A DNA stretch of 59,896 bases from Octopus bimaculoides (GCF_001194135.2 NC_068992.1:46931038-46990933), one strand, 5' to 3'. Positions 41,150 to 55,105 are shown, counted from the stretch's first letter. Translations and numbers: made by a program. Notes: generated by a model not told the origin, from the sequence alone.

Positions 41150-41985
41150 TTGTATTCCCATTTCTACACATATACAGATTTCTGTTTCTCGTTTATGCAT
41201 TAACAAACCTTTTTCGCCACAGACGTCAAGCAAAGGGAAACTGCTTTGCCGGCCCGGTTGAAGGAGGCCGGCAGTGCAATCATTACTATAGACTCGGCCG
41301 ACATACGGACCCGTCCCACATGTGGCAGCAGCTGTTTGACATAACCCCACAAGTAAGCGATGCCCGGACTCTGAACGAGGGCGAGCGGAACGGTTTCGTT
41401 ACTCTGCGTCCACCTCGGACAAGTCAGTCTGAGAGTACATTCGTGCCTACAGAGTTTATCTTGAATCGGTAGCATCTCCCAGTAGCACTGCCAGGCCAAG
41501 GACATTTTGAAATTATCCATGATAATTTCTGACCGGAAAGCCCTCGGAACAGACTAGCCAGTTCATTCTCGTCGGCACCCAGAGTCTCCCCGAGAACGTC
41601 GTCGTACTTCCTCGCTACTAATCCTCCATAATTTTCTAAAGCGGAACATCCACCGTTCCCATAGCACGAATGGTAGACGGTTGTGAGCACCTGACTAAAT
41701 TCTAGGTGCTTTGCGCCCGATCTCGTTGTTTTTTTCTTCACTCAGGACTGCAAATCCTCGATGGAGAATGTCTGCGAAAAGACGAACCTCACAAATGGAG
41801 CCCACACATGCTCGTCGTCCAGAAATATTTGAAGGTGACGTAACTTAAGAGCGTATTTACGCATTAGGATCCACGGCATACCTAATCCGCCACACAGAAG
41901 ATGCTGGAAACGAACTGACCAACTGACCAAAAAACTTGGTAAAAATAAGATTCAAGCTACGAAAACTAGAAACGTCAGCTCGCGC
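41150..41985 (-). mobile_element. L1/Tx1-clade LINE ORF2 C-terminal relic
   Basis: Track ORFs 41742-41930, 41424-41741 and 41200-41520 read GGLGMPWILMRKYALKLRHLQ..DDEHVWAPFV, then SLAWQCYWEMLPIQDKLCRH...TCPRWTQSNETVPLALVQSP...LWGYV...SAESIV. This fits the post-RT GGLG motif and the C-terminal CCHC-type domain (CPRC...ET+.HAL..C) of Tx1/L1 elements, broken by frameshifts. Locally GC-rich. Confidence 0.85.
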
Positions 41986-42221
41986 GTGAGTGCATGTGTG
42001 TGTGTTTGTGTTTTTGGAAATTTGTGACTTTTTCATTCTGTTTACAGTGTCTTGTGGTCTACCGGTGTTCTTTCCATTCACGTACATATATATGTAGGCC
42101 TTGTATATGCGTGTATATATATGCATGTATATATACACACACATACAAAGGTACCTGTATACACACACGCACTCACGCACTCACGCACTCACGCACACAT
42201 ACATGTATGAATAGGTATATA

Positions 42222-42254
<33 letters not shown>

Positions 42255-42919
42255 NNNNNNNNNNNNNNNNNNNNNNNNNNNNNNNNNNNNNNNNNNNNNN
42301 NNNNNNNNNNNNNNNNNNNNNNNNNNNNNNNNNNNNNNNNNNNNNNNNNNNNNNNNNNNNNNNNNNNNNNNNNNNNNNNNNNNNNNNNNNNNNNNNNNNN
42401 NNNNNNNNNNNNNNNNNNNNNNNNNNNNNNNNNNNNNNNNNNNNNNNNNNNNNNNNNNNNNNNNNNNNNNNNNNNNNNNNNNNNNNNNNNNNNNNNNNNN
42501 NNNNNNNNNNNNNNNNNNNNNNNNNNNNNNNNNNNNNNNNNNNNNNNNNNNNNNNNNNNNNNNNNNNNNNNNNNNNNNNNNNNNNNNNNNNNNNNNNNNN
42601 NNNNNNNNNNNNNNNNNNNNNNNNNNNNNNNNNNNNNNNNNNNNNNNNNNNNNNNNNNNNNNNNNNNNNNNNNNNNNNNNNNNNNNNNNNNNNNNNNNNN
42701 NNNNNNNNNNNNNNNNNNNNNNNNNNNNNNNNNNNNNNNNNNNNNNNNNNNNNNNNNNNNNNNNNNNNNNNNNNNNNNNNNNNNNNNNNNNNNNNNNNNN
42801 NNNNNNNNNNNNNNNNNNNNNNNNNNNNNNNNNNNNNNNNNNNNNNNNNNNNNNNNNNNNNNNNNNNNNNNNNNNNNNNNNNNNNNNNNNNNNNNNNNNN
42901 NNNNNNNNNNNNNNNNNNT

Positions 42920-42940
42920 AATAATAATAATAATAATAAC

Positions 42941-42975
<35 letters not shown>

Positions 42976-42976
42976 C

Positions 42977-43011
<35 letters not shown>

Positions 43012-43039
43012 TAATAATAATAACAATAATAATAACAAC

Positions 43040-43104
<65 letters not shown>

Positions 43105-43108
43105 CAAC

Positions 43109-43167
<59 letters not shown>

Positions 43168-43220
43168 TAATAATAATAACAATAATAATAATGATGATAC
43201 TAATAATAAATGATAATAAT
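42920..43220. repeat. (AAT)n array with interspersed AAC variants
   Basis: Directly visible; about 300 bp. Confidence 0.95.
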
Positions 43221-44397
43221 AAAATATTTCTCAGTTCAGTTGTTGTTTGTTGTGTTTGTTGTGTTTGTTGTGTTTGTTGTGTTATGTTGTCTGAGCAAAG
43301 GTTTAATTCACTTAGCAAAGAAACTACAAAGAAAAAGTCATAACTCTGCTGCAGCTGTTTTACTAATGCAATTACCAAGACTAGTATTGAATAGATTAAA
43401 GATATAAAGGAATTAGAGTTGTTGAGGTTTGCCTGTAAATATATACATACATGTGTGTGTGTTTGTGTATGTGTGTGAGTGTGTGCATGCGTGTTCGTGC
43501 GTGTGTGCTTGTACATGTATCTGTGTGTTTGTGCCCCCTTACCGGTTATGTGTAAGTTAATGTATGTGTGTGTCTGGCGGATGCATGCTTTGTATAGTAC
43601 AGAATGAGAATTTACATATGTGAGGGTTATTTGAATGTGTTTTGGAAATTAAAACAACAAACGTAAACGGAGGATTTAAATAAAGCACTCAGACACACGT
43701 AATAAAATGTAGTGAACGAACATCAAACTAAATTGACCTTTAAACTCTATAAATGAATATTTTTCTTTTTTTGTTTGTTTTCGTTAGTGAACTTTGGTGT
43801 ACATTTTGTTTTTAAAATATCACAACCAAATATAGCTATTCATGTCTCTGTGTGCATATATTTCCTGCTAAATTAAGCTTCAGTTCTGGTAAAATAACAA
43901 GGTTGAATATATTTGACATATGCGATATAAAGCAAAATTTATTGTTCTCAATCGGTCTGGTACAGTTTTTATACTCAGTCTTGCTCTTCAGGGTTTGATG
44001 AAACCAAATATAGCAACCACGAGCTTCGTTAAACGTATTCATTCTCTAAATATGGTAGGTTAGTGTTCCCTGTATATACCTGTCTCGAGTCTGCAGACCC
44101 ATCAGCTGTTGCTCTTATTCACTGACAGTTGAATGGAATAAAAATATGAAATTCATGTACAATGGCATAATACGCCGTCAATTTCGAAGACTGAACCAGC
44201 AGTGTAAGATTATCAGCGCAAGGCTCAAATTACTACGCCAATCGCCTTAACCAATAAATTTAATCAAGGTCAAATATATTTCAGGATACAGTTAGAATAT
44301 CAGTGAAATGAAAGGAATGTCTCAGTGTTTGTGTTGATTTAGACTATTTTGAAAATTTATTCTCTCTACTGCATTTCTTTAGCTAATAGTAAATATT

Positions 44398-44608
44398 CTT
44401 TTATACTCTAGGGACAAGACAATTTTGGGGGAAGGGGTCAGTCGATTAGATCGACCTCAGTGCGCAAATGATACTTAATTTATCGACCTCTTAAAGGATG
44501 AAAGGCAAAGTCGACCTTGGCGGAATTTGAACACAAATCGTAAAGAAAGACGAAATACTGCTAAGCATTTCGCTCAGCGTGCTAACGTTTCTGCCAGCTC
44601 ACCACCTT
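44398..44608 (-). mobile_element. family B SINE with 16-bp target-site duplication
   Basis: Full head-to-tail copy flanked by GCTAATAGTAAATATT at 44382-44397 and 44609-44624. Confidence 0.9.
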
Positions 44609-44764
44609 GCTAATAGTAAATATTACTAAATAGTATATCATTTGCGCACACATATATCGTTCAACATAATTTTCAAAACAGAAGATTATATCAAACTGTA
44701 AAAGGTGAAGCACTACGATCTAATCTATTTATCTGATGAGTGTATAAAATAATATTGATTTCAA

Positions 44765-44952
44765 ATGTTGGCACGAGACCAACAATTGAAGGGAAGGGGT
44801 AAGTCCATTACATCTACCCTAGTACTCAACTTGTTCTTATTTTATCGACACTGAAAGTATGAAAGGCAAAGTCGCACCTCGGCGGAATTTGAACTCAGTG
44901 CGTAAAAACTGCTGAAATGCCAGTAATCATTTTTACCTGGCACGCTTACGAT
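44765..44952 (-). mobile_element. family B SINE, older copy
   Basis: GGCACGAGACC...ATGAAAGGCAAAGTCG...GGCGGAATTTGAACTCAG...TTTTGCCAGC. Confidence 0.8.
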
Positions 44953-45767
44953 TTTGCCAGCAGTCTGCCTTAGAATATCAAATGATACTGGTGACCATTT
45001 CACGAGGTACATACAGCATATATTTTAGTGTTGTCATGCTGTACGAAATCAGGTGTTTAGCTATTAAGCTGGCATCAGTTACATTGGTTGGTGGTAATGA
45101 AATGAAGTGAATTCAGCAGAGAATTGAAACGGTAATCACTTTGCTCTTAACTTGATAAGAATGTCGTTCTTATGTCATGACTACTTAACGGAAAGATAGA
45201 TTTATATCGGTTAGGCTGTTATTTATCTTAAATGCAAACGACTGCAGTTTGTAAGTAATTCTCCTTGTTTGAAAGGTGGGGGAGAAAGGACTAAAAAAGA
45301 AAATGACTCTGATAATAGACTTCAGCTTCTGATTTATTCAGTAAGTTGTGTAGAGAGAAAGCAAGTATAGATCAAATTGCAAAACCTAACAAAACTATTA
45401 AAATTTCCAATCTTCCCTGCTGGACGGAAATTTCCCTAAAACCAATGTCTATAAAATATGTCTGCTCACATATTCTGGAAAAGATATTTTTTTCCATTTT
45501 TTAATGTAAAATGAATAAGGGAATTTGATATAATGTCTAATGACAGTTTTGGAACTGTGATTTATGTAGTCGATACATTCAACGTACATACATACGTACG
45601 TATATATATATATATAACATGCATATATATTTATACACACATGCGATTACTATTATTATCATTATCATTATTGTTATTATTAATCTTTTTATTATTTTAT
45701 ATATGTAAATATACATGTATACATACGTGTGTTCAGATATAGTTCTATTTATTCACATTTATGTATG

Positions 45768-45804
<37 letters not shown>

Positions 45805-45908
45805 TCACACAGGCACACACATTCACACATACACACACACACGTACATATATATACATAAATAAAGAAACACACACACACATATATATGTATGTATGTAT
45901 GTATATAA

Positions 45909-45943
<35 letters not shown>

Positions 45944-46692
45944 CATATACTCATAGTTACTAACGCTAAATTCTGTGCAAGACGCATGTACTAAGTATAT
46001 TCAGGTATTTTTAAACATGATATTTCTATGTTCTTCTTTTGTGGTGTTAAAGAAAAGCATATATACTTCTCTCTCTTTCTCCCTCCACATCTCTCTCTCT
46101 CTCTGTCTCTTTCTCTTTCACTCTCAATATATACATATTTAGCTTTTCTCTTGATCAATTATCTACGCTCCAAACCTAACCCGGCCATTCATATTATACA
46201 CAATGCTAAACACGATTCTTTTATCTGAAACTGTCGTCATTTTTTAAAGCTATTGTGGCACCAGCGAAGGATTGTAGCCAAATAATGCACTATTTCGTTC
46301 TAGTGCTAGTTGTTGTGTTTTATATTATTACTGTTATTATTCTTGAGGTTTCGCCTCACAGCAGCTTTAATAGCGCAGATTCACGATCAAAGACATTTCT
46401 GACGTGAATTTGCTGACTGTTTTCGAGCAATACATAAGTAAATCTCAGCCGTCCCATGTGACTGATCCGTTTTTATGATGCCATGGTTTCCTCCGAGAGA
46501 GATGACTCTGGTGTTTCTAGAACTGGACCAGCCAAATAAAAGCTTTCTTGGTGTGGACTCCCAGATCTTTTGTGTGGTGATCCATGTAACTGAAAAGTTG
46601 ATATCGAGAACCAACGGCGTGAACTGTATGAACCAGAGAAATGTGAGAAAATTAAAGAGAAATCTATAAATGCTTACGTATTTGTGTGCGTT

Positions 46693-46740
<48 letters not shown>

Positions 46741-47801
46741 NNNNNNNNNNNNNNNNNNNNNNNNNNNNNNNNNNNNNNNNNNNNNNNNNNNNNNNNNNNN
46801 NNNNNNNNNNNNNNNNNNNNNNNNNNNNNNNNNNNNNNNNNNNNNNNNNNNNNNNNNNNNNNNNNNNNNNNNNNNNNNNNNNNNNNNNNNNNNNNNNNNN
46901 NNNNNNNNNNNNNNNNNNNNNNNNNNNNNNNNNNNNNNNNNNNNNNNNNNNNNNNNNNNNNNNNNNNNNNNNNNNNNNNNNNNNNNNNNNNNNNNNNNNN
47001 NNATATATATATATATACATGTGTGTACGTTTGTATGTTATAATATAATAACAGCAACCAAAACCGTGTTAATAGCAGAAGGTAATCTTGATCATCAACT
47101 TAACGGAGAAGACGGGTTAGAAGAAAGAATCTCATAAGGACACGGTGCATAAAATCACTCGGGATTATATCATTTTTAGAGGAGATCAATATTGATTTTT
47201 AGTATTAAGTGTGATTCTGTCGCTATTAATTATTTTTTAATTAGTCATTTGGCTATTTGCGAAAACGGTATCTGAATAGACACGGATTCTTACTGCACAG
47301 GCATTGTTGTTTCTAATTTTTTAATGTCGGATGCCGATATTTGTTTGTGGGATTTATCTGTAGACTTACATTAGCTTTATAAGTTAGACGTTTGGTTCTA
47401 GAAATGATAGGGTTTCTCGTTTTGTTTAATAATTATCTCTTCTGATTATTCTGGTTTAGTTTATTCAATTTAATGAAAATAGATTTCAGGTGAGGATTAT
47501 GGCTTACATTGTTACTTTGTTACTTTGTCTGTAAAGCATAAATACATTCCTTTAGTAATTCTGAGTCGATTTTAACAATACATTGAGATGTACGTGCCGG
47601 AATAGGAAAATACAGAAACAATTGATGAATCCTATAACAACATATAGATGATAAAAGATTTATAAAGGGATGAGGGATACTAAACTGTATAGAAGATATA
47701 TTTCTCTGGTGAAAACGCTATATCTAAAACATCTGCTAAAAATATGAGTAAATGTGTGTATAAATAGAACTTAAAAATTTATCAAATCACACACATATAC
47801 A

Positions 47802-47888
47802 CATATACCCATTGACAACTCTCCCTCCACATTGACAACTCATATACCCATTGACAACTCTCCCTCCACATTGACAACTCTCCCTCCA
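47802..47888. repeat. 39-bp tandem duplication built from two ~20-bp subunits
   Basis: CATATACCCATTGACAACTCTCCCTCCACATTGACAACT at 47802-47840 and 47841-47879, then a partial unit. Confidence 0.95.
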
Positions 47889-48369
47889 AGTATGAATACA
47901 TGCATATGTATACATGTATGTATATATGTATGTGTGTGTGTGTGTGTGCGTGTTTGTGTATGTGTATGTGTGTGTATATGATTGTGTGTGTGTATATATG
48001 ATTGTGTGTGTGTACGTATGTATGCATGCCTGTAAGTATGCATATACATAGAATTCGTTTTGCACTAAGATAAGCAACTCTTTTCTACCTCCTGAACTAT
48101 TTTCAGGAAAGCTGAAACATTCTGTTGTGTGGTCTGTTTTACAGAGAAAAAGAGACTGTGATTTGATAATAAATTGTTTTGCAGTCGTAACACAAATTAT
48201 TGATACGGAAATAGGAACATTTGAGCCCTTCCTTTCATAATCCATAAAATATTTTGGGGGGATAGCCACAACTACCTTTATATTATATGGCTGTAAAAAG
48301 GACGTTAAAGAAAGGCAAAAATATCCAAAATTCGTCTTTATTTGACAACCACTATCAGACCGTGTATCT

Positions 48370-48730
48370 TTTTCTCTCTCGAAAACCTAATTATGGCTAC
48401 TGCTATGACAATATTCTGTTAAACCTCATTATTGACTCAGCACATAACATGACTATTTTCGTTTCTGAGGAACAAAGCAGAAAACAGTTTTCACTTGGTG
48501 TCACATAGCTGTTAACCTATCTAAAATATTTAGTTTATCTCTCTAGACGACATTTTATTTCTTCTTTACAAATTTCTTATTCAATTTTACATTTATCATG
48601 TCGTCACATCTTGTGCTATGTTTGAATTCTCTGTCTTGAAGTTATATTGCTATGTCCATGAAGTGTCAGAAGATATCACACTTTCTTGTCCTTTGCGCTG
48701 AGCTAGATATATTTTATTTTCTTATGTGCT
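48370..48730 (-). mobile_element. highly decayed PLE GIY-YIG endonuclease relic
   Basis: Minus-strand pieces ENKIYLAQ / NFKT..RIQT / RHDK / ILDR.NSYVTPSENCFLLCSSETKIV parallel the IVYEAE...FK...H...ILSKRRPY...KCSIC order of the 31.2-kb element. Many stops and frameshifts. Confidence 0.5.
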
Positions 48731-49341
48731 AGGCTTCTGGTTTTTGGTCTTTTTAAGTAACAAATTTACTCAGACATCGAAGAAGATCGAATTGTTGACA
48801 GATAAGTGTCTTGGTCAAAGAATATTTCAGTGACCTATGCTACATTCTAGTATCTTCAGTGGGTTAAATGTCATGAGCATAGATACAGTTAGCAGTTATG
48901 GCTACACGTAACCTAATATCTCAATCAAGTTCACTCCACTTCCTTCTCTTCGATTCTCCGTAACATTCAGTAGTAGATGAGATACATATCAATTTAAACA
49001 CTACATGGCTTTCTTGTGTGATACCTCAGCTTGGCCGTGAGTACACACACTAGTAATCCCGTTATTGCATGCCATACCTATTGGCAGCACAAGTTTTAAA
49101 TGAATGTTTGAATATATTGTCGGTTGTATACCTTCAGCAGAACATTTATTAAACATAATGAAATCTGAAAACGCATGTAATAGAAATGGTGGAATCGGCT
49201 ATCAAAATGACGAATATAAGAAATGGAGAATCTTTCACTCTCTCACCCTTGTGCGCTCTCTCACTCTCTCTCACTCTCACTGTATACACATGTTTACATT
49301 TATCAATACATACATACATAAAAACGCACACACATACAGAA

Positions 49342-49362
49342 AGATAGATAGATAGATGGATC

Positions 49363-49400
<38 letters not shown>

Positions 49401-49430
49401 CAGATAGATAGATAGATAGATAGATAGACA
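49342..49430. repeat. (GATA)n microsatellite
   Basis: Directly visible. Confidence 0.95.
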
Positions 49431-49824
49431 TGCATTCATACGTTCTTACGCATAAATATGCAATATTTATATATACATGTATGTGTGCCTCTGTGTTGGC
49501 TTTCGTTTATGCATCAACATATGCTAATGTTAAATACTAAATAATAAAAAAATAATGGCTGTATTCTACATATACGCATTATATGTGTATAATCATATCA
49601 CACCTTCAACTTACTACTATAAAAGAAAAGCAAAGAACGATGGTCATATACAAAGAAAATGGAAAATCAATTGATTTCACGGAGACTTTCATTATCTTGC
49701 AGCGGGTGACTTCTATTTACTGTCAATCAACGAACGATATTAGAGAGTTTACCCAACGTGACGATCCTCATCCACCTGTATTACTCACCTTGACAGAGAC
49801 TCACAAATCAGAGATGGTAACATT

Positions 49825-49990
49825 ATGACATTGCTCAACCGGTAAGAGTGGCGATAGATCTCCTTCTAATCACACAATCTTAAATCGGAAGAATGATTTC
49901 CTTAGTGTACATTTAAATACACTTCAGCTTCTAATAAGTTGTGGTGGTCACGGTTAGAACGTCTTTGATCAGAAAATTCCCGAGATAAGT
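49825..49990 (+). mobile_element. family D interspersed repeat, decayed
   Basis: GCTCAACC...AGATCTCCTTCTAATCACAC...GTGGTGGTCACGGTTAGAACGTCTTTGATC, similar to 12890-13105. Confidence 0.5.
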
Positions 49991-50824
49991 AATTATATAA
50001 AGCCCACAGCATTTATAAGTGTTTTCTGGGCTCTCAGGAGTTTCACCCAAACAATGAGATGCTACTATTCATCCACTCCACCATAATTTCTATTTTGTCA
50101 ATACGAGCAGCTACACTTGTCGTTGCCTATTATTCCAGTTAAGTAATGCGGTTGAAGTGACTGATTATGGAAACTCGCAAGCAATCAGATTTGTCTACCG
50201 TAACTCAACAAATTACTCTTATTCGCAGTTGTATAAGGTAGCATTAAATCAGGTAAATTCAGGTCCCGGAATTACAAGCGGAAAGGGATATGTACTCAAG
50301 AGTGACCTGTCACTGTTGGATTCTAAGAACGCGTCTACTGCAGCGTATATATTCTGCTTCCAAAGAAAGATAGATTGCCCTTACACGTGTAAAAGCTGTT
50401 CGTAACTATTTGGCATATTTTCTTCATATGCTGCACAAAGGTCATCATATGTATGGACTCCACTTGGGTCTTTAATGTATTTCCTGAATTTTATAAAATC
50501 TACCATGGTTCTAGGCTTCTTTTTCTCTTTTACCCGACACCTATCTATGAAACTGTTTCCTTGACATCAACCAAAGCCTATCATGACAAATATAAAATTT
50601 GGTTTATGTAATTAGCTATGCACTAAACTAATTAATCTAATGAATTTGCCACTTGCTTTTGTTTGTCATTTTACGTTGTATTTTAGAATGGTCCTTGGAA
50701 GTCGGTAAAAATGTTCTTTCTTTATCATGGGGATATAATTCAACTGTATTACTTAGCATTTGTGACTTTGTAGAAAAATTATGAATGACCACACACACCT
50801 ATCATCATGAAAGTTTAAAACATC

Positions 50825-50990
50825 GTATTAAAAGTCATAATATTTGTTCTGGTTCCTGAAATTTATAAGTTCAAATCCTATCGAAGTAACATTTGCCACC
50901 TACCCTTTCCGGGTCAAAAATAAGTATCAGTGAAATAGTGAGTTAAACCTCTTCTCTTAAATTTTCTATCCTTGTGCCTTAATCAAAAGC
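50825..50990 (+). mobile_element. family B SINE, strongly decayed
   Basis: AAGTTCAAATCC (B box), CCCTTTCCGGGTCAAAAATAAGTATCAG core, CCTTGTGCCT 3' motif. Confidence 0.6.
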
Positions 50991-52120
50991 CATTATTAAA
51001 ATACTCGGAACAGAGTGAGTGCTATATATCATATAGCATATATATTGAATTACATTATATACATTATTGCTATTTAATGATATTGAAGGCTTATGAAAAC
51101 TCCATTTTATATTTAGTAAGACAGAACCAAATGAAGGTCATGAACTACAGACAGTAGATAATTATAGAAAGAAAACACGCAATTTAGATTTAGCTATGGG
51201 TATTGAAAGCACCAAGTTTTAACATAAAGCAATAGAATAGAAAGATTCTACCACCTTTTCTTTTAAATTATCCTAATCATGAAAGACATGAGTTTTTGAA
51301 GGCTGAAGTGCCTGTTTATATTAGTCTTAGATGTTATCATTCGGGGACCAATTAAAATTGATCTGAGGTCAGAGAATAAAGAATCAAAATACATCCAATA
51401 TATCCCCACAGATTTCAACTAAAGATACCATCTTACACCCTAAGATTAGTGACGATACAAACTGAATGTATTCCGACATAGAATTGAAACTAGACCTGTA
51501 TAACTTCGTTAGCTCAGTATTTGAAGAACATTTACAGATCTATCTTTGTATTCATGTAATAAAATAACGAGCAAAGAAAATTACTTTCAATAGCTTAATT
51601 AAAAGGATTTTTTCTGTTTTACTTTTTAAAATTTTATTGAGGCTTTGCTGTTTGCTGTTTATTTTTTAGCCTCGTCATTTTCTTATGAAATTCTGTTCTG
51701 TCGAAGTATTACAGTGAGAGGACAGAAATGAATGGAAAATACTTGAAGAAATTGTCAGGTGGAGAGCAGAAAGAAGGGAAAAATACATGAGAAATTACTA
51801 AACACTATAGCCAAAGAAAAACAAAAGAATATATATACGATCAGCAAGAACAAGAACAACAATTAGAAGAACAGTTAAAGCAAAAACAAGAACAACAGCG
51901 ACAACAAATAAAACGGGAACAAACTGTAGGCAAAGTAAGTTGGAAGAAATGAAGGCTGTTAAGTAACATTGAAACTATAAATTATTTCATTCTCTTTGAA
52001 CTGGTGATTTCTACTTGAAGTAAAATATCAATTTATGGAAAAAAAAGAAAACATAACACGCTTGCATGCATATATAGAGTGGAGTCATATATATTACATG
52101 TTACATGAATGTATGCATAT

Positions 52121-52191
<71 letters not shown>

Positions 52192-52419
52192 CGAGCAAGA
52201 ATGGGAAAGAGAGACATGTATATATATGGCAGTTTGAATATAAATATATGTGTATGTATACATGCTATATGCGTGTATAAATACACACACACACACACAT
52301 TCACGCGCGCACACACACTGACACACACATACACACATATATATATAAACGATGCTCGGATTGACAGACAGATATAAAGATTGATTAATGGACAGACAGA
52401 CAGACAGATAGATAGATAC

Positions 52420-52459
<40 letters not shown>

Positions 52460-53310
52460 GCAGATAGATAGATAATGTGTATCATATTTCTAGAAATCAA
52501 TTGATGGACCATTTGAACAGGAAAAACCACATATTTCCAATGAAGAAATGTATCAAAACAGTACAGAAAAGTGAGTATGATAGAATAAAAACGAAAAACA
52601 AACTTAGGTATGTAACCGCACATACAGACATCTGCAAACACACACACGTGTGCGTATATACAAACACACTTGCACTTGCATTAATGTGCATAAATGCATA
52701 TGTATAGACACAAATATATATATATANNNNNNNNNNNNNNNNNNNNNNNNNNNNNNNNNNNNNNNNNNNNNNNNNNNNNNNNNNNNNNNNNNNNNNNNNN
52801 NNNNNNNNNNNNNNNNNNNNNNNNNNNNNNNNNNNNNNNNNNNNNNNNNNNNNNNNNNNNNNNNNNNNNNNNNNNNNNNNNNNNNNNNNNNNNNNNNNNN
52901 NNNNNNNNNNNNNNNNNNNNNNNNNNNNNNNNNNNNNNNNNNNNNNNNNNNNNNNNNNNNNNNNNNNNNNNNNNNNNNNNNNNNNNNNNNNNNNNNNNNN
53001 NNNNNNNNNNNNNNNNNNNNNNNNNNNNNNNNNNNNNNNNNNNNNNNNNNNNNNNNNNNNNNNNNNNNNNNNNNNNNNNNNNNNNNNNNNNNNNNNNNNN
53101 NNNNNNNNNNNNNNNNNNNNNNNNNNNNNNNNNNNNNNNNNNNNNNNNNNNNNNNNNNNNNNNNNNNNNNNNNNNNNNNNNNNNNNNNNNNNNNNNNNNN
53201 NNNNNNNNNNNNNNNNNNNNNNNNNNNNNNNNNNNNNNNNNNNNNNNNNNNNNNNNNNNNNNNNNNNNNNNNNNNNNNNNNNNNNNNNNNNNNNNNNNNN
53301 NNNNNNNNNN

Positions 53311-53369
<59 letters not shown>

Positions 53370-54115
53370 TGGGGACGTGAGGATATGGTCTCGTGCTGTT
53401 AGTATTGGTGTTGTTGGTGTTGTTGGCGGTGGTGACGATAGGTCTTTGTTTCGTTTTTACACTTTTTTTATTTACATTCATATTTACTCATCACTTTTTT
53501 CTTTTCTTTTCTTTTTTTTTGTCTTGTTTTTTTTAGATCGCTTTATCACAACCTCCGTCGTCCTCATCATCATCATCATTATCACCATCGTTATCAGCAT
53601 CATTATCACCATCATAGCCATCATCATCATCATCATCATTGTCATCAACATTCTTGTTGTTCATGTTATTATTATTATCATTATTACTTTTGTATTTCAT
53701 GCCAACTCATACATTTTGTTACACACAAGTGCAGACACACGCAGACACGCACACACACACAAACACACACACACATATACGCGAATATTAATCGATACAT
53801 ATATTTATTTGTGTATGTATGTATGTATGATTGTCTGCGTATTTGTCTGTGTGTCTGTGAGTTTGTGTGCGTTCGGGTGTGTAGGTGTAGACTCATATGG
53901 CATCGCCTCAGATTTCTTATACTATTCAACTCTTGTTATATGACTTTTGTGTTTCTCTTTTAGAATTCAGTTTAATGTTAAATGTATGCGCTTGCATTAG
54001 TACTTCACTTTGAGTTTTGTTATATGCGCGGCGCGAGTTACTGTCTATATATGAATACATAAAAATAGAGACACACATATACAGACACAACCACGCATGC
54101 GCAAACTCATACTCT

Positions 54116-54180
<65 letters not shown>

Positions 54181-54908
54181 GCATATATATCTTGAAACAC
54201 AGATAGAGAAAGGGAGAAACAAAGAGAGAAAGAGAGAGGAAGTGAAAGAGATAGAAGAGAGAGAGGGAGAGATTCGGTGTAAGAGATGTAATTATTAATG
54301 GGAGACTGGCTCAAAATCATATTACTGATAGTTTCAGAGAAACGAGAAGCGCACACTTCATCGTTAACATGGTTTGTTGCAAGTATCACAACGATAAAAG
54401 TTATTCAAACATTTATGAAATAAATATGGGTACCACGAAACGTTTTGACTGGTATTTTCTATCTTTTATATCCATACATACATATACGCACACACACACA
54501 CAAACACACACACACACACACACATATACACCCACACACCCACCCACACACACACGCAAATATATACACACAGACACACACACACATATATATATATATA
54601 CAGATATAAATTTGTATGTATAGANNNNNNNNNNCCAGACCCACCCCCACCATCACCCCCACAACAACCTGTACAACGACAATCTCAAACCGTAAAGAAG
54701 TCAATGGCGTTCTAATTTTTGTTTCAATTTAAACAAGAATATCATTTATATTATTGTTGTTGATGTTGCTGAAGTATATCGTTGCTATTGTCATTATCAC
54801 TGTAGTCATTACTCGTGTTATTGCTGCTCCAGTTCCTAATATTAACGCTTGTTATTACGGATATCATGGTTGTTTTCCCGGGTGCCATCAACTATTATAA
54901 ATATCACT

Positions 54909-55105
54909 AAGGTGATGAACTGGTAGAATTGTTAGAACGTCGGACAATACGCTTAGCGGCATTTCGTCTGTCTTTACGTTCTGAGTTCAAATTCTGTCGA
55001 GTCGGCTTTGCTTTTCATCCTTTTGGGGTTGATCAAATAAATGCCAGTTGATGAAATCGACTTCCCCATCCCTCAAAATTGCTGGCCTTGTGTGAAAATA
55101 ATAAA
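54909..55105 (+). mobile_element. family B SINE
   Basis: GGTGATGAACTGGTAGAATTGTTAG...GCTTAGCGGCATTTCGTCTG...GAGTTCAAATTC...GCTTTTCATCCTTTTGGGGTTGAT...GCTGGCCTTGTG. Confidence 0.85.

Noticed and set aside
51790-51940. Q/E-rich open frame ending at a GTAAGT donor
   Set aside because: No pyrimidine-rich acceptor and an upstream stop; best explained as a degenerate (CAA/GAA) repeat.
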